A stretch of DNA of 32,000 nt. It comes from Candidatus Hadarchaeales archaeon (GTDB taxonomy: Archaea > Hadarchaeota > Hadarchaeia > Hadarchaeales > Hadarchaeaceae). Below are positions 7,833 through 18,000 of this stretch, one piece after another. Under the pieces are notes generated by a model. That model made no database searches. It worked only from the letters and a program-made list of their open reading frames with translations, and had not been told where the DNA came from. Made by a program: the position numbers and the translations under genes. Numbering within the stretch: position 1 is the stretch's first letter; each line of letters starts with the position of its first letter. The stretch covers positions 90,001-122,000 of the forward strand of contig JAWBCC010000002.1 of NCBI GenBank assembly GCA_038823825.1, written 5' to 3'.

Positions 7833-8086
7833 AGCTCGAACCCGGCGCGGTCATAACCGAACCTGGGAATTCGGAGAAAAATGAAACAGGAGGCTGGAGG
7901 TCATTTAGACCAGTTATCAAGGATGAGAAGTGTAAGCGTTGTGGGATATGCTGGATGTTTTGCCCGGATATGGCTATATCCCCGAAAGAGCCTTACCAGA
8001 TAGATTACAGATATTGTAAAGGCTGTGGGATTTGCGCAAACGAGTGTCCCTTCAAAGCCATTGAAATGGTGGAGGAAGAGAAATGA
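7829..8086 (+). CDS. porD: Pyruvate:ferredoxin oxidoreductase delta subunit (2x[4Fe-4S])
   Basis: CKRCGICWMFCPDMAI and CKGCGICANECPFKAI; TTG start overlapping the porG stop. Confidence 0.93.
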   Translation: MKLEPGAVITEPGNSEKNETGGWRSFRPVIKDEKCKRCGICWMFCPDMAISPKEPYQIDYRYCKGCGICANECPFKAIEMVEEEK

Positions 8087-9270
8087 AAGAAGTTTTAACT
8101 GGCAACGAAGCCGCAGCTCTTGGGGCGAAGCTCGCAAGAGTGCAGGTGATTTCGGCATACCCGATCACACCGCAGACGGTTGTTGTGGAAAAACTCTCAG
8201 AGTATGTGGCGAATGGGGAGCTTCAGGCCGAGTTCATGAAGGTAGAGTCTGAGCACAGTGCGATGAGCGCTTGCATTGGCGCTGCCGCGGCTGGGGCTAG
8301 GACCTTCACTGCAACGTCTTCTCAAGGGTTAATGCTCATGAGCGAGATGCTATTTGTCGCCTCAGGTCTGCGCCTCCCAATAGTGATGGCGAACGCAAAC
8401 AGATCTCTTTCCGCTCCGCTTAGCATTTGGTGTGATTGGCAGGATACAATGGCGGTTAGAGATTCGGGATGGATACAGCTCTACTGCGAGAACAATCAGG
8501 AGATTCTCGACTCTGTTATTCAGGCTTTCAAGATAGCCGAGCAAACTCTTCTCCCCGTGATGGTCTGTTATGATGGTTACATTCTTTCCCATACGGTGGA
8601 ACCAGTAGACATCCCAGAGCAGAAGGAGGTCGACGATTTTCTTCCACCATATTCTTATCCGTTTATGCTAGATCCCGGGAAGCCAGTCACCTTGGGAGCC
8701 GTGGGAACTCCTCCGTACTACATGGAGTTTAGGTACATGTTAGATCAAGCCCTCTTAAGTTCAAAAAAAGTGATTACAGATGTTGGAGAGGATTTCGGAC
8801 GGAGATTTGGGAGAAGATATGGACTTTTGGAGGCTTACCGGTGTGATGATGCGGATTTTGTTATTGTCACGATGGGGTCACTTGCTGGAGCGGTTAAAGA
8901 TGTGGTTGATGATTTGAGAAAGAAGGGTAAAAAAGTCGGTGTCCTGAAGCTCAGATCGTTTAGACCATTTCCATCAGACGAGCTAGCGGAGGCACTTTCA
9001 AACGTTAAAGCGATCGGTGTGATGGAGAAAGACATTTCCCTTGGAAGTTTCGGAGCTCTCTTCCTAGATGTTTTGGCTTCTCTTTCTTTGAATGAGGTAA
9101 GGTTACCTGCGGTCAATGTCATCTGTGGTCTGGCAAATAGGGATGTGACTTCCGAAGATATTGTCAAAGTTTTTGATATGATCGAGGATGTCGCGTCAAA
9201 AAGAAAGTCTGTGAAAGAAACTGTCTGGCTAGGTCTGAGGAAGGAGCTTTTGGAGGGGGAGGAAATATGA
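8083..9270 (+). CDS. porA: Pyruvate:ferredoxin oxidoreductase alpha subunit
   Basis: [26 protein letters not shown]...[51 protein letters not shown]; order gamma-delta-alpha-beta with 4-nt overlaps. Confidence 0.93.
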   Translation: MKEVLTGNEAAALGAKLARVQVISAYPITPQTVVVEKLSEYVANGELQAEFMKVESEHSAMSACIGAAAAGARTFTATSSQGLMLMSEMLFVASGLRLPIVMANANRSLSAPLSIWCDWQDTMAVRDSGWIQLYCENNQEILDSVIQAFKIAEQTLLPVMVCYDGYILSHTVEPVDIPEQKEVDDFLPPYSYPFMLDPGKPVTLGAVGTPPYYMEFRYMLDQALLSSKKVITDVGEDFGRRFGRRYGLLEAYRCDDADFVIVTMGSLAGAVKDVVDDLRKKGKKVGVLKLRSFRPFPSDELAEALSNVKAIGVMEKDISLGSFGALFLDVLASLSLNEVRLPAVNVICGLANRDVTSEDIVKVFDMIEDVASKRKSVKETVWLGLRKELLEGEEI

Positions 9271-10139
9271 AGGCGTTTCCTGAGGAAGAGCTGATAGCGA
9301 GAGGCCACAGGGCCTGCGCCGGCTGCGGAAGCATTCTTGCCCTCAGGCATGCCATGAAAGCTCTAGGAAAGAACACCATAGTTGTTGCCTCCACCGGCTG
9401 TATGGAGGTTGTAACTTCTCCATATCCGGAAACATCTTGGAAGGTCCCTTGGATACACGTTGCTTTTGAGAATGCTGCGGCTGTTGCTTCCGGAATAGCG
9501 AGGGCGTTAAAGGTGAGGGGGAGAACGGACGTGAAGGTTGTGGCGATTGCGGGAGATGGGGGAACGGCAGATATAGGTATTCAAGCCCTCTCCGGAGCGG
9601 CGGAGAGAAACGAGAATATTATCTACATATGTTATGACAACGAGGCCTATGAGAACACGGGGATACAAAGGAGCGGGTGTACGCCTTTTGGGGCTTGGAC
9701 GACAACAACGCCGGTTGGAAAGGTTATCAGAGGGGAAGACAGACCGAAGAAGGATATGCCAGCGATCATGGCCGCTCACGGTATCCCATATGTTGCGACG
9801 GCTTCGATTGCCTATCCTCTAGATCTGATAAAGAAAGTGAGAAAGGCCATGGGAATTGAGGGAACCTCTTACATACATATCCACGCGAGTTGTGTTCCAG
9901 GCTGGAGAATTCCTGAGAACAAGAGCGTGGAGGTTTGCAAAATGGCGGTTTTGAGCGGAGTTTGGATTCTTTACGAAATCGAAAAAGGAAAAGTGAATGT
10001 GACATTCAAACCGCCTAAACGTATTCCTGTGAGAGATTATCTAATGGCACAGGGAAGGTTCAGACATCTGAGCGATAAGGAAATAATAGAAATCCAGCGA
10101 ATGGTCGATGAGCAGTGCAAGAAGTTTGGAATAGATTGA
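9267..10139 (+). CDS. porB: Pyruvate:ferredoxin oxidoreductase beta subunit (TPP-binding)
   Basis: [66 protein letters not shown]. Confidence 0.94.
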   Translation: MKAFPEEELIARGHRACAGCGSILALRHAMKALGKNTIVVASTGCMEVVTSPYPETSWKVPWIHVAFENAAAVASGIARALKVRGRTDVKVVAIAGDGGTADIGIQALSGAAERNENIIYICYDNEAYENTGIQRSGCTPFGAWTTTTPVGKVIRGEDRPKKDMPAIMAAHGIPYVATASIAYPLDLIKKVRKAMGIEGTSYIHIHASCVPGWRIPENKSVEVCKMAVLSGVWILYEIEKGKVNVTFKPPKRIPVRDYLMAQGRFRHLSDKEIIEIQRMVDEQCKKFGID

Positions 10140-10150
10140 TGTTTTTCAAC

Positions 10151-11032
10151 TCAACTGGAAGCTTTTAGTATAGCTTCACACACCCTTATTGCTTGTGAAG
10201 TTTCCTTAGGGTCGTGAGTTCTCACAGCCGATGCTCCGTTGATTATAGCCATGATTGTAGCTCCAAGTGAACCGGCTAGCCTTTCAGCTGGATCGTCAAG
10301 TCCAAGGATTCTTCCGATGAAGGATTTTCTCGAAATTCCAACGCAGATCGGACGCCCAATTTTTTTCAGTTCTTTAAGTCTTGCTATGATTTCGAGATCT
10401 ATCAGATCCGTCTTCGCGAATCCTCTCTGTTTTTTGAAGGCTTTTCCAAGCTTCTCAAGTCTAGCGGGCCAAGCGCCTATCGCGGGGTCGAGGGCAACGT
10501 TGGAAAGTCTAACTCCACTCAGTCGGCAAATTTTCAGGCTCTCTTTCCAAGCGGATTTTATCTCTTCGATTGTAGTCGTATCTCCCGGGTTCCTTTTTGC
10601 GGCCATCAGAATGAGCGAGCAATCGTATTTTGCGGCAACTTCGGCGACTTCCTTGTCTCTTTTTAACCCGCTTATGTCGTTTATTATCTCCGCTCCGGCT
10701 TCAACCGCCTCTTCAGCAACTTCGGAGAATTGTGTGTCCACGGATATTGGAACGTCCAACTCTCCCGCAAGCTTTCTGACAGTGGGTATCAATCTCTTTC
10801 GTTCTTCGTCTATAGATATCTGAATTGCTCCGGGTCCCGTTGCCCTGGCTCCGACGTCGAGGATGCAGGCGCCTTCTTCGACCATTTTCTCCCCAACTTT
10901 CAGAGCGTCTTCGACGGAACGTGCAACGGAACCTTGATAGAAAGATTCGTGGCTAAGGTTGATTATGCCAATCACCGCGACTGGCAGACCGTCACCTATC
11001 TTTATTCTCCCAAGTCTTGCCCTGTTTTTCAT
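10151..11032 (-). CDS. Dihydropteroate synthase-like protein
   Basis: VIGIINLSHESFYQGS, VEEGACILDVGARATGPG, PISVDTQFSEVAEEAVEAGAEIINDISG, GRPICVGISRKSFIG, GSLGATIMAIINGASAVRTHD. Start Met at 11032; the N-terminal extension in the track is spurious. Confidence 0.85.
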   Translation of the reverse strand: MKNRARLGRIKIGDGLPVAVIGIINLSHESFYQGSVARSVEDALKVGEKMVEEGACILDVGARATGPGAIQISIDEERKRLIPTVRKLAGELDVPISVDTQFSEVAEEAVEAGAEIINDISGLKRDKEVAEVAAKYDCSLILMAAKRNPGDTTTIEEIKSAWKESLKICRLSGVRLSNVALDPAIGAWPARLEKLGKAFKKQRGFAKTDLIDLEIIARLKELKKIGRPICVGISRKSFIGRILGLDDPAERLAGSLGATIMAIINGASAVRTHDPKETSQAIRVCEAILKASS

Positions 11033-11068
11033 CAAAGTTATTCTACTTTTGTGGCTGAAATAATATTG

Positions 11069-12115
11069 ATGACAGAGGTTTTGAAAGTGAATCCTCTGAG
11101 ACCGGAGAAAGAGGTAATCGAGAGGGCGGCCGAAATTATAAGGAGAGGGGGAATTGTCGCTTTTCCGACCGAAACTGTGTATGGGCTGGGAGCGAACGCT
11201 CTTGACGAGAATGCTGTTAGAAAGGTCTTTGAGGTTAAACAGAGACCTGCGGACAATCCGCTGATCGTTCACATTTCGCGCCTCGACGACCTTTATCTTT
11301 TAGCGTCAGAAGTCCCAGAAATCGCAAACAAGCTTGTGTCTTCGTTCTGGCCAGGACCACTTACGATCGTGCTTCCGAGGTCGGAGATAGTTCCGGACGT
11401 GACGACAGGTGGTTTGTGGACCGTAGCCATCAGGATGCCGAGCCATCCTGTTGCTAGAGCTCTTATTGAGGCTTCTGAAGTTCCCATCGCCGCACCTAGC
11501 GCAAATCTGGCCGGAAAGCCAAGTCCCACATCCGCTTCACATGTTTTTCAAGACCTTGGTGGGAAGATAGATATGATTCTTGATGGCGGAGAGATAATCC
11601 ACGGAGTTGAATCCACGGTTCTCGATTTGACGACTTCTCCACCTACTCTTCTCAGACCGGGACCGGTGTCAGTGGAAGAATTAGAAGCTCTCATCGGAAA
11701 GGTCTCCCTTCACCCAGTGGTTGTCGGAGAGTCTGAGGAGGTCCTTGTTGCAAAGTCCCCAGGGATGAAATATAGACATTATGCTCCCGAAGCGGAACTC
11801 GTCGTTATCGAGGGACGCCCAGAACTCGTACGCAGAAAAATGGAGGAAATTCTGCTCGAGAAAAAAATGAAGGGTCTGAAGGTCGGTGCCGTGGTGACGG
11901 ACGAAATGGCAGACTTGCAGGTGGACGTTGTGAAGGTTGTTGGGTCTAGGAAAAACGTCAGGGAAATCGCGAAAAATATTTTCAGGGTTTTGCGTGAGCT
12001 GGATGCCGAGGGGGTTCGTTTCGCCGTGATTGAGGGTATAGAGCCGAAAGGAATCGGGCTGGCTGTTATGAACAGATTGGTAAAGGCTGCGGGCCACAGG
12101 GTGATCAGAGTGTAA
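11069..12115 (+). CDS. sua5: L-threonylcarbamoyladenylate synthase, Sua5/YrdC/YwlC family (long form)
   Basis: AAEIIRRGGIVAFPTETVYGLGANAL, KQRPADNPLIVHI, FWPGPLTIVLPRS, IAAPSANLAGKPSPTSASHV, SPGMKYRHYAPEAELVVIEG (Sua5 linker/C-terminal domain). Confidence 0.94.
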   Translation: MTEVLKVNPLRPEKEVIERAAEIIRRGGIVAFPTETVYGLGANALDENAVRKVFEVKQRPADNPLIVHISRLDDLYLLASEVPEIANKLVSSFWPGPLTIVLPRSEIVPDVTTGGLWTVAIRMPSHPVARALIEASEVPIAAPSANLAGKPSPTSASHVFQDLGGKIDMILDGGEIIHGVESTVLDLTTSPPTLLRPGPVSVEELEALIGKVSLHPVVVGESEEVLVAKSPGMKYRHYAPEAELVVIEGRPELVRRKMEEILLEKKMKGLKVGAVVTDEMADLQVDVVKVVGSRKNVREIAKNIFRVLRELDAEGVRFAVIEGIEPKGIGLAVMNRLVKAAGHRVIRV

Positions 12116-12129
12116 AAATTCTTTTCGCT

Positions 12130-12147
12130 GTTTAACAAAAGTTAAAC
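12130..12147. promoter_or_regulatory. Perfect 7-bp inverted repeat GTTTAAC-AAAA-GTTAAAC, candidate operator
   Basis: Lies directly upstream of TTTTAAGG (TATA-like) and about 38 bp before the Lrp/AsnC-type gene start. Confidence 0.5.
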
Positions 12148-12184
12148 TTTTAAGGTAAAAATTTAGACAAAATGTTAGAGAAAT

Positions 12185-12655
12185 ATGCAAAGATCGGACA
12201 CTGAGAGGAAAATTTTGCTCGAGCTGCTTAAGGATAGTAGTAGGTCAATAGTCGAAATCGCTCGGGCTACAGGGATTTCAAGGCAAACGGTTGCGGCAAA
12301 GCTGAGACATCTTAAAGGCAAGATTCGCTTTACGATAAGATTGAACTCCGCCGATTTGGGACTTTCGACTAGGGCCTACGTTTTTATTAAAGAGAAACCA
12401 GATCCCGTTCTGCGAAAAAGACTGGAAGACGAAGTAAAGAAAATGAAAGAGGTCGGGAGATTTTACAGGCTCTTTGGGAGATACAGCAGCGTGCTAGAAG
12501 TGCTTGTTCGAAATGAGGACGAGCTCTCCGGCGTCATTCAAAAGATTCACAGGCTGGGAGGAATCGAGGAGACGGAGACGTTTATCGTTCGTGGCGTGGT
12601 GAAGGAAGAGCCCGAGGAGCCCTTCATAAGGGTTCTTCAGTGTGGGTCTAAGTGA
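12185..12655 (+). CDS. Lrp/AsnC-family transcriptional regulator
   Basis: N-terminal HTH RKILLELLKDSSRSIVEIARATGISRQTVAAKLRHL, then a RAM-like alpha/beta domain. Confidence 0.8.
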   Translation: MQRSDTERKILLELLKDSSRSIVEIARATGISRQTVAAKLRHLKGKIRFTIRLNSADLGLSTRAYVFIKEKPDPVLRKRLEDEVKKMKEVGRFYRLFGRYSSVLEVLVRNEDELSGVIQKIHRLGGIEETETFIVRGVVKEEPEEPFIRVLQCGSK

Positions 12656-13397
12656 GATCACCACATGCGCAGAAGGTCTCGTAAATGATGTCGTAGAGTT
12701 CTTGGAATCCCTCGCAAGTCTTTGCGCATATTCTCGGGAATCTGGCTGGAGGTAAGAATTCCATTAGAATTTTGTAAAGTCGCAGGGCGAGGTCGACTTC
12801 AACGCCTCCGATTTCTCTCTCGAGATTTTTCTGCAGGAGCTGGGCATCCGCTAGAAGTGCCTCCATTTCCTTTTTTGCTTGATCAATTTTGTTTATCACT
12901 CCAATAGTTTTTACTCCGAGCTCGAGACCGATCGAGAGTTCCAAGAGACGCGCGAAGACTATGTCTGTTGAAGTTCGCATAGTTTTGGCGTCCAGGAGGA
13001 AAACTGCGACTGTTACTCCATCCAGATGTTTTATGAACTCAGCTCCGCCATGGAATAGAAAAATTTCCATTTGACCTGGTGTATCTATTAGCCTGATATC
13101 GGCGGAGAATTCCCTCACTCTTTTAGAGAAATTTTCAGCGTTTTCCTCGAGCAATTCCGATACTCTTACCATTGCGCCGTTTGGTCCGAGTCCTTCTTCT
13201 CTCATGAGCTTTTCTATCGTGAACCACTCACGGATGTCAAAATCCGGACTAAATGGGAGACTTTCGCAGCCGGGATCGAGATTTATAAACGAAACCGACT
13301 TGCCAATGTTTTTCTTTATCCATTTTCCGAAACCCGATGTCAGTGTGGTTTTTCCAGATCCGGCTGTTCCTAGAATGACAATGTTAAGTGGAACCAT
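12648..13397 (-). CDS. GPN-loop GTPase (XAB1/GPN family)
   Basis: P-loop LGTAGSGKTTLT, SFINLDPGCESLPFSPDFDIREW, GLGPNGAMVR, LIDTPGQMEIFLF, GVINKIDQ. Confidence 0.9.
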   Translation of the reverse strand: MVPLNIVILGTAGSGKTTLTSGFGKWIKKNIGKSVSFINLDPGCESLPFSPDFDIREWFTIEKLMREEGLGPNGAMVRVSELLEENAENFSKRVREFSADIRLIDTPGQMEIFLFHGGAEFIKHLDGVTVAVFLLDAKTMRTSTDIVFARLLELSIGLELGVKTIGVINKIDQAKKEMEALLADAQLLQKNLEREIGGVEVDLALRLYKILMEFLPPARFPRICAKTCEGFQELYDIIYETFCACGDLT

Positions 13398-13442
13398 TCA
13401 TTCAACAAACGGTTTTTATTGTATTTTTAGTTTTGGTTTATT

Positions 13443-15098
13443 TCAGGAGCTTTCTACGGCTTTAATGGTCAACCGACCGTAGTAAATTCCTCCGAGCTGG
13501 TCGGGAGCTGTGCTGAGAGCTGGGAAGACGTTGTATTCGTCGTAGCTAATACCCACCGGTGGCTTTCTGAGATTAACAAGCCACGGGATCTTCTCAAGCA
13601 CAGTTCTTGCAACTAGGAAGTTTTCATTTCCACTTTCTCCGATAGGCAACTTCCAGAACTGGATGTTCTCGATGTTATTGTCTCCTCCGGATTTGGCTAG
13701 ATACATTCCTGGAATATTCTCGGGAACCGCATCGTTCTCAGCCTTTGCGTACAGGTCGACTGATACCGTTGTCGTTTCAAGAATTCTGATCCAATAGTTG
13801 TCGACAGGAGCTGGCGGTGTGACATTATGCGCGTTGACGCTTACTGTTCCCCAGTCGATGTCTCCTTCAATCACTATGTCAATAATGACTCCGATGGTCG
13901 CCATCAACTGTGCATGCTCTATATCATATGCGCCAGGCGGAGCAACGGTGACGACGAAGTATCTTGAAGCAGACCAATCGCTCCAGTTACCAGCATTGTC
14001 TTGAGCCCTCACACGCCAGTAGTACGTTCCGGGTGTTAGTACAACCTGATAAGATGAGGTATTGTCTGGAGTATTCTCATCAACCTCTGGACTTGAAAAG
14101 TCGGGATCGTTATCCACCTGTACGTGATATCTCTGGACGTAACCCTCGTTATCAATAGAGTCCTGCCAGTCGAGCGTCACCGGGCTCGTCACTGTCTTTC
14201 CATTTTCAGGAGACGTTAAGACAGGTACTGAGGGCGGGTTGTTGTCTCCACCAATTCCTCCATTAGACAGTCCCGGCCAGATTGCTCTGTACCTGTAGGC
14301 GGTTCCTGTGTCTCCAATTAGCGTTGTCGGTCTTGGCACCCACTTGTTTGTCTCCCACCTGAACAGAATTATCGAGTATGGAGTCAGATTATTTGTCTGT
14401 AACCAAGACTTTTCGACCGTGAAGGTTATTTCCACGCGGTCAATGTGATCAATGTTTTCTTTGTCTATGTAAACATACTTGTACTCCTTGACTGGTAGTG
14501 GTGGTAGCCAGCTATTTCTTTCCATCAGATCTGCGACTTTTATCCCCACATTTGTTGCTCCCTGTCCCTCTTGCATATATATAGTTACGTTTTCAATTCT
14601 AACTCCAGTGGGGAAGATTGTAGCACTTCCACCCGGGGGTATGTTTGAAATTGTGTGTTCCGAGAAGGATTCCACATTGTTTTCCTGATTAACGGTGAGA
14701 GTCAAAGTGTTTTCCCTCGTGAGCGCTCCTGAGACCCCGCGGACGGTTATGTTGTAAACACCCGCCGGCTGGAATGGTGTAACTCTGAGTTCAAACGTTG
14801 ACGAGAAGTCCGGCGTTCCGCTTTGTGGAACGAAAGAAACTTCTATTCTAGAAGGAGCGTCAGGCGCCGACAGAGTAACTGTTCCGCTGAAGCCTCCTAT
14901 CGCGTAGACGTAAACCGTCACCTTCACGTTTTCTCCTCTGTTGACACTCGTTGCACTAGGACTGATCACGATGTAAAAATCAGCGGCAGAAGTTACTGTG
15001 GCGGACCCGGAAAGCTGCTGTTCTGGAGCTCCGACGCTTCCCACTATCGAAAGCAGAAGAAGTGTTGAAACCGCCAGAGATATCATTTCTCTTCTCAT
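13443..15098 (-). CDS. Secreted modular protein (551 aa): signal peptide, Ig-like/CARDB-like domain, PGF-pre-PGF-like domain, FN3-like domain, C-terminal beta domain
   Basis: MRREMISLAVSTLLLLSIVGSVGAP signal; IENVTIYMQEGQGATNVGIKVADL...YKYVYIDKENIDHIDRVEITFTVEKSWL; FN3-like YHVQVDNDPDFSSPEVDENTPDNTSSYQVVLTPGTYYWRVRAQDNAGNWSDWS. Confidence 0.75.
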   Translation of the reverse strand: MRREMISLAVSTLLLLSIVGSVGAPEQQLSGSATVTSAADFYIVISPSATSVNRGENVKVTVYVYAIGGFSGTVTLSAPDAPSRIEVSFVPQSGTPDFSSTFELRVTPFQPAGVYNITVRGVSGALTRENTLTLTVNQENNVESFSEHTISNIPPGGSATIFPTGVRIENVTIYMQEGQGATNVGIKVADLMERNSWLPPLPVKEYKYVYIDKENIDHIDRVEITFTVEKSWLQTNNLTPYSIILFRWETNKWVPRPTTLIGDTGTAYRYRAIWPGLSNGGIGGDNNPPSVPVLTSPENGKTVTSPVTLDWQDSIDNEGYVQRYHVQVDNDPDFSSPEVDENTPDNTSSYQVVLTPGTYYWRVRAQDNAGNWSDWSASRYFVVTVAPPGAYDIEHAQLMATIGVIIDIVIEGDIDWGTVSVNAHNVTPPAPVDNYWIRILETTTVSVDLYAKAENDAVPENIPGMYLAKSGGDNNIENIQFWKLPIGESGNENFLVARTVLEKIPWLVNLRKPPVGISYDEYNVFPALSTAPDQLGGIYYGRLTIKAVESS

Positions 15099-18000
15099 AC
15101 GCTCACCCTCACGTAGAACGTATTCGAATAGTTCCCGGGAGTCGTATCGCTTGGGATGACGAGGAACCAGTAGATGTTTCTTTGTACCCCCTCACCCCAT
15201 CCAACATTCGACCAGAGTGACTGCCAAGAGGTTGAGATACTCAGATCATAGGGCTCCTCTCCATTCTTGTCTGCCTTTGTATTGCTCAGTTGCAGGGTCC
15301 CTGGACCCGACCAATCTCCCGCGCCCTTTACGTCGATGTAGAAGTCTTTGTTTGATGTAACCGTTGCGACCGTGGGGTTCTCAGATGCTCCAACAGTCTG
15401 TCCTTGCTGGCCGCTGAATGTCAGGGAGGTGTCATCCAAGCTGAGTTCTATATAAACGCTTACCGTGAATTTGTCTGTAAATGTGTTTTCGCCTTCCAAA
15501 TTACCCGCGTCCACAGCCTTCGCCCACACGTTCCAGCTGACTGGCTCGGCAACCTTACCGAGCTTTACTCTGAATGTCCAGTTGTCTTCAGTTAAATCGT
15601 CATTCCCGGCGGAGCATCCGGCTACGATGAGGTGTGCGTTACCTGGACCCGGACCGACCTCCGTGAAACCTGTACCTCTAACCCACTTGAACGTGTAATG
15701 GTCGCGCACGCTATCGGAAGCATCCTTTGAGACGGATGAGCTGTAGAGGACAAGCCAAACTTCATTCACGTTGTTTAGCTTGTTTAAATCTCTGACAGTA
15801 ACTTTGACATCGAACGCCACGTCTGGGCTGACGTCGGTCGGTGTGAAGACGGCAAGAATTTCAGGTGCGACGTTCGGAATTGGCTGGTAAGCTATCAACC
15901 AGCTGCGGTCAAGCGAGTCCTCATACATCCGTCCGATTCCTGCATCTCTTTCCTCATGGTCTTCGTAGTAATCAATCTTACTTCCGTCTTTCAGGATGAA
16001 TCGGTACCACCAATTGTCTTCTTCCATCGGGGCCGGCAGGGTGACCTCCCACCAGTCGAAGCCATTCTCAGTGATGGCCTTCGTCATGTTGAAGATTACT
16101 TCTTGGGATGCTTTGGACTTCCAAACTCTGACCTGGGCGTTTTCGATGTCATTCTCCCAAGTTCGGATTCTAAGCCTGATCTGATCAGTTCCTGCGTTGC
16201 TTTCTCCAAAATTATCGCGTGGCGTGCCAACAGGATACTTATAGAACGAATTTCTCGAGTCGAAGAAAACGCCGTCCCACCAGATATCTCCATCGATTGA
16301 GGCCGTTGGTTTAGTTCTAAACCAGATTAGATAGTCGTTTCCTGTAGGCTCATCTGACATTGCACCCCATCCTCCCACTCTTGGCCAATCATCTTGGTAG
16401 TAGCCAATATCGTCCATATCCTGCAAGACAAATCTGAACCACCACTTGCTTTCAGAGTCAGGTCCACTGATCGTGGCTTTCCAATAATCATAGTTTTCAT
16501 CGGAGCTTTCCTTCTCCATATTCACGATTACCTCTTCACCAGTCCAAATTCTTATCTTTACATTCTCCACGTCGTTGCGGAACGTCCTTATTCTGATGGT
16601 AACAGACGACCCAAGCGGAAGCATGTTGCCTGTCACGTTCTCCGGGTAGGTGGTTATGGGTTCACCAACTGGTGAGAAATAGTATGAATCGTAGGAGTCG
16701 AAGAAGACGCCAGCCCACCAGATGTCGCCGTCGATTGTTGGCGGAATTGTATCAATTTCAAAGCTCCAGATATCGGACTCATTTTCTCCGGCTGCGTTTA
16801 TCGCTATAACCTTCCAGTAATAGACACCGTCCGGTAGTTCAGTTGTTGGCGTATAAGAGGTCGTGTTTGCAGGCAGGATGACGTCTATGGCTGGAGATCC
16901 AAAGTTCTGATCGTCGTCTACAAGCAACCTGTAGTTATCTTCGTTTTCACAATCCTGCCATGTGAATGTTGGTGTGTTGTCCGATGTCACCGATCCGTTT
17001 GCGGGTGACTGCAGAATTGGCTTTGTGGGCATGCGTGATTCAAAGGTCACAAAGTTCACTGTCGGATCTAGAGCGCCAAGGTGGTTGTACTTCCTCACGA
17101 AGAACCAATCGTAGTAATAGGATGAAGTTCCTCCACCATCCCAGACGCTGAGCTTGTACTTGTCAGCTCCTGTTGACCAATTCCCCTTTGTCCAATCTCT
17201 AACGTTTTCTATGAGCTCTCTGTACATGGAATCGTCTCTTCCACGGTAGAAGTTCACGTTCAGTTTGTCTGTACCATACATTATTATTTGTCCTATGTAA
17301 TACACATCGGCTTCCCGTGGAACATCTGCACCCCAAACTCCATCGGCAAAGAATCTTACCTTACTTCCATCCCAGAATATCATTGCAGTTTCTGAATCCC
17401 CCCATGTTCCGGTTATCCTGACTCCTCCTCTCCATGTCGATGCATTCTTTATTCTGAATTCGATTATCCTCTGCGTGTTTCTCTCCGTTGTTGGGATTCC
17501 TTGTTCGGGTCCGTGGTCAACATCTCTTCGAGCATCCCCATAATCTTCCAAACAAATCGTGGTTGCATAGACGTTAACACCCTCTGTGGAAAAGCCCCAC
17601 TTTGTCCAGTCTCCGTTGTCCCATCCCCCATCTCCCCCTCCGAAGTCTGTGAAGAATATGAACGTGTCTTCACCGCTTTCGGCACTCAAAGCCCCAGTGC
17701 ACCCATAATACATGTAGATAGCATTGTCTGCTGAGCTGAACTTTTTAACCCATGCCGTCGGAACCGCACTCATGTAGTTCGCCTCGTTCTTCTCGATCCA
17801 GAAAGGTAGGGGACCGCTCGTCTCATTCTCAAGGAATCTTATGCTTGGATACATGCTCTGCGGGATATCCGACGGAATTGGTATCCTTATCTGGAAGTTG
17901 TCCGGGAAGGGTCCGCTTATCTCAATCTTTCTTCTGTATGCGTACTGCGGTAGGAACCAGTTTGTTAAATAAGTTTCCTCAGGTCCGACACTTGTTGTTG

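Noticed and set aside
8835-9350. 171-aa minus-strand ORF antisense to porA/porB
   Set aside because: Fully antisense to confidently assigned genes; Ser-rich composition typical of shadow ORFs.
10239-10823. 194-aa plus-strand ORF antisense to the DHPS-like gene
   Set aside because: Ser/Ile-rich shadow of a conserved enzyme; no independent support.
10730-11068. N-terminal extension of the sua5 ORF
   Set aside because: Overlaps the DHPS-like gene antisense; conserved Sua5 sequence starts after the ATG at 11069.
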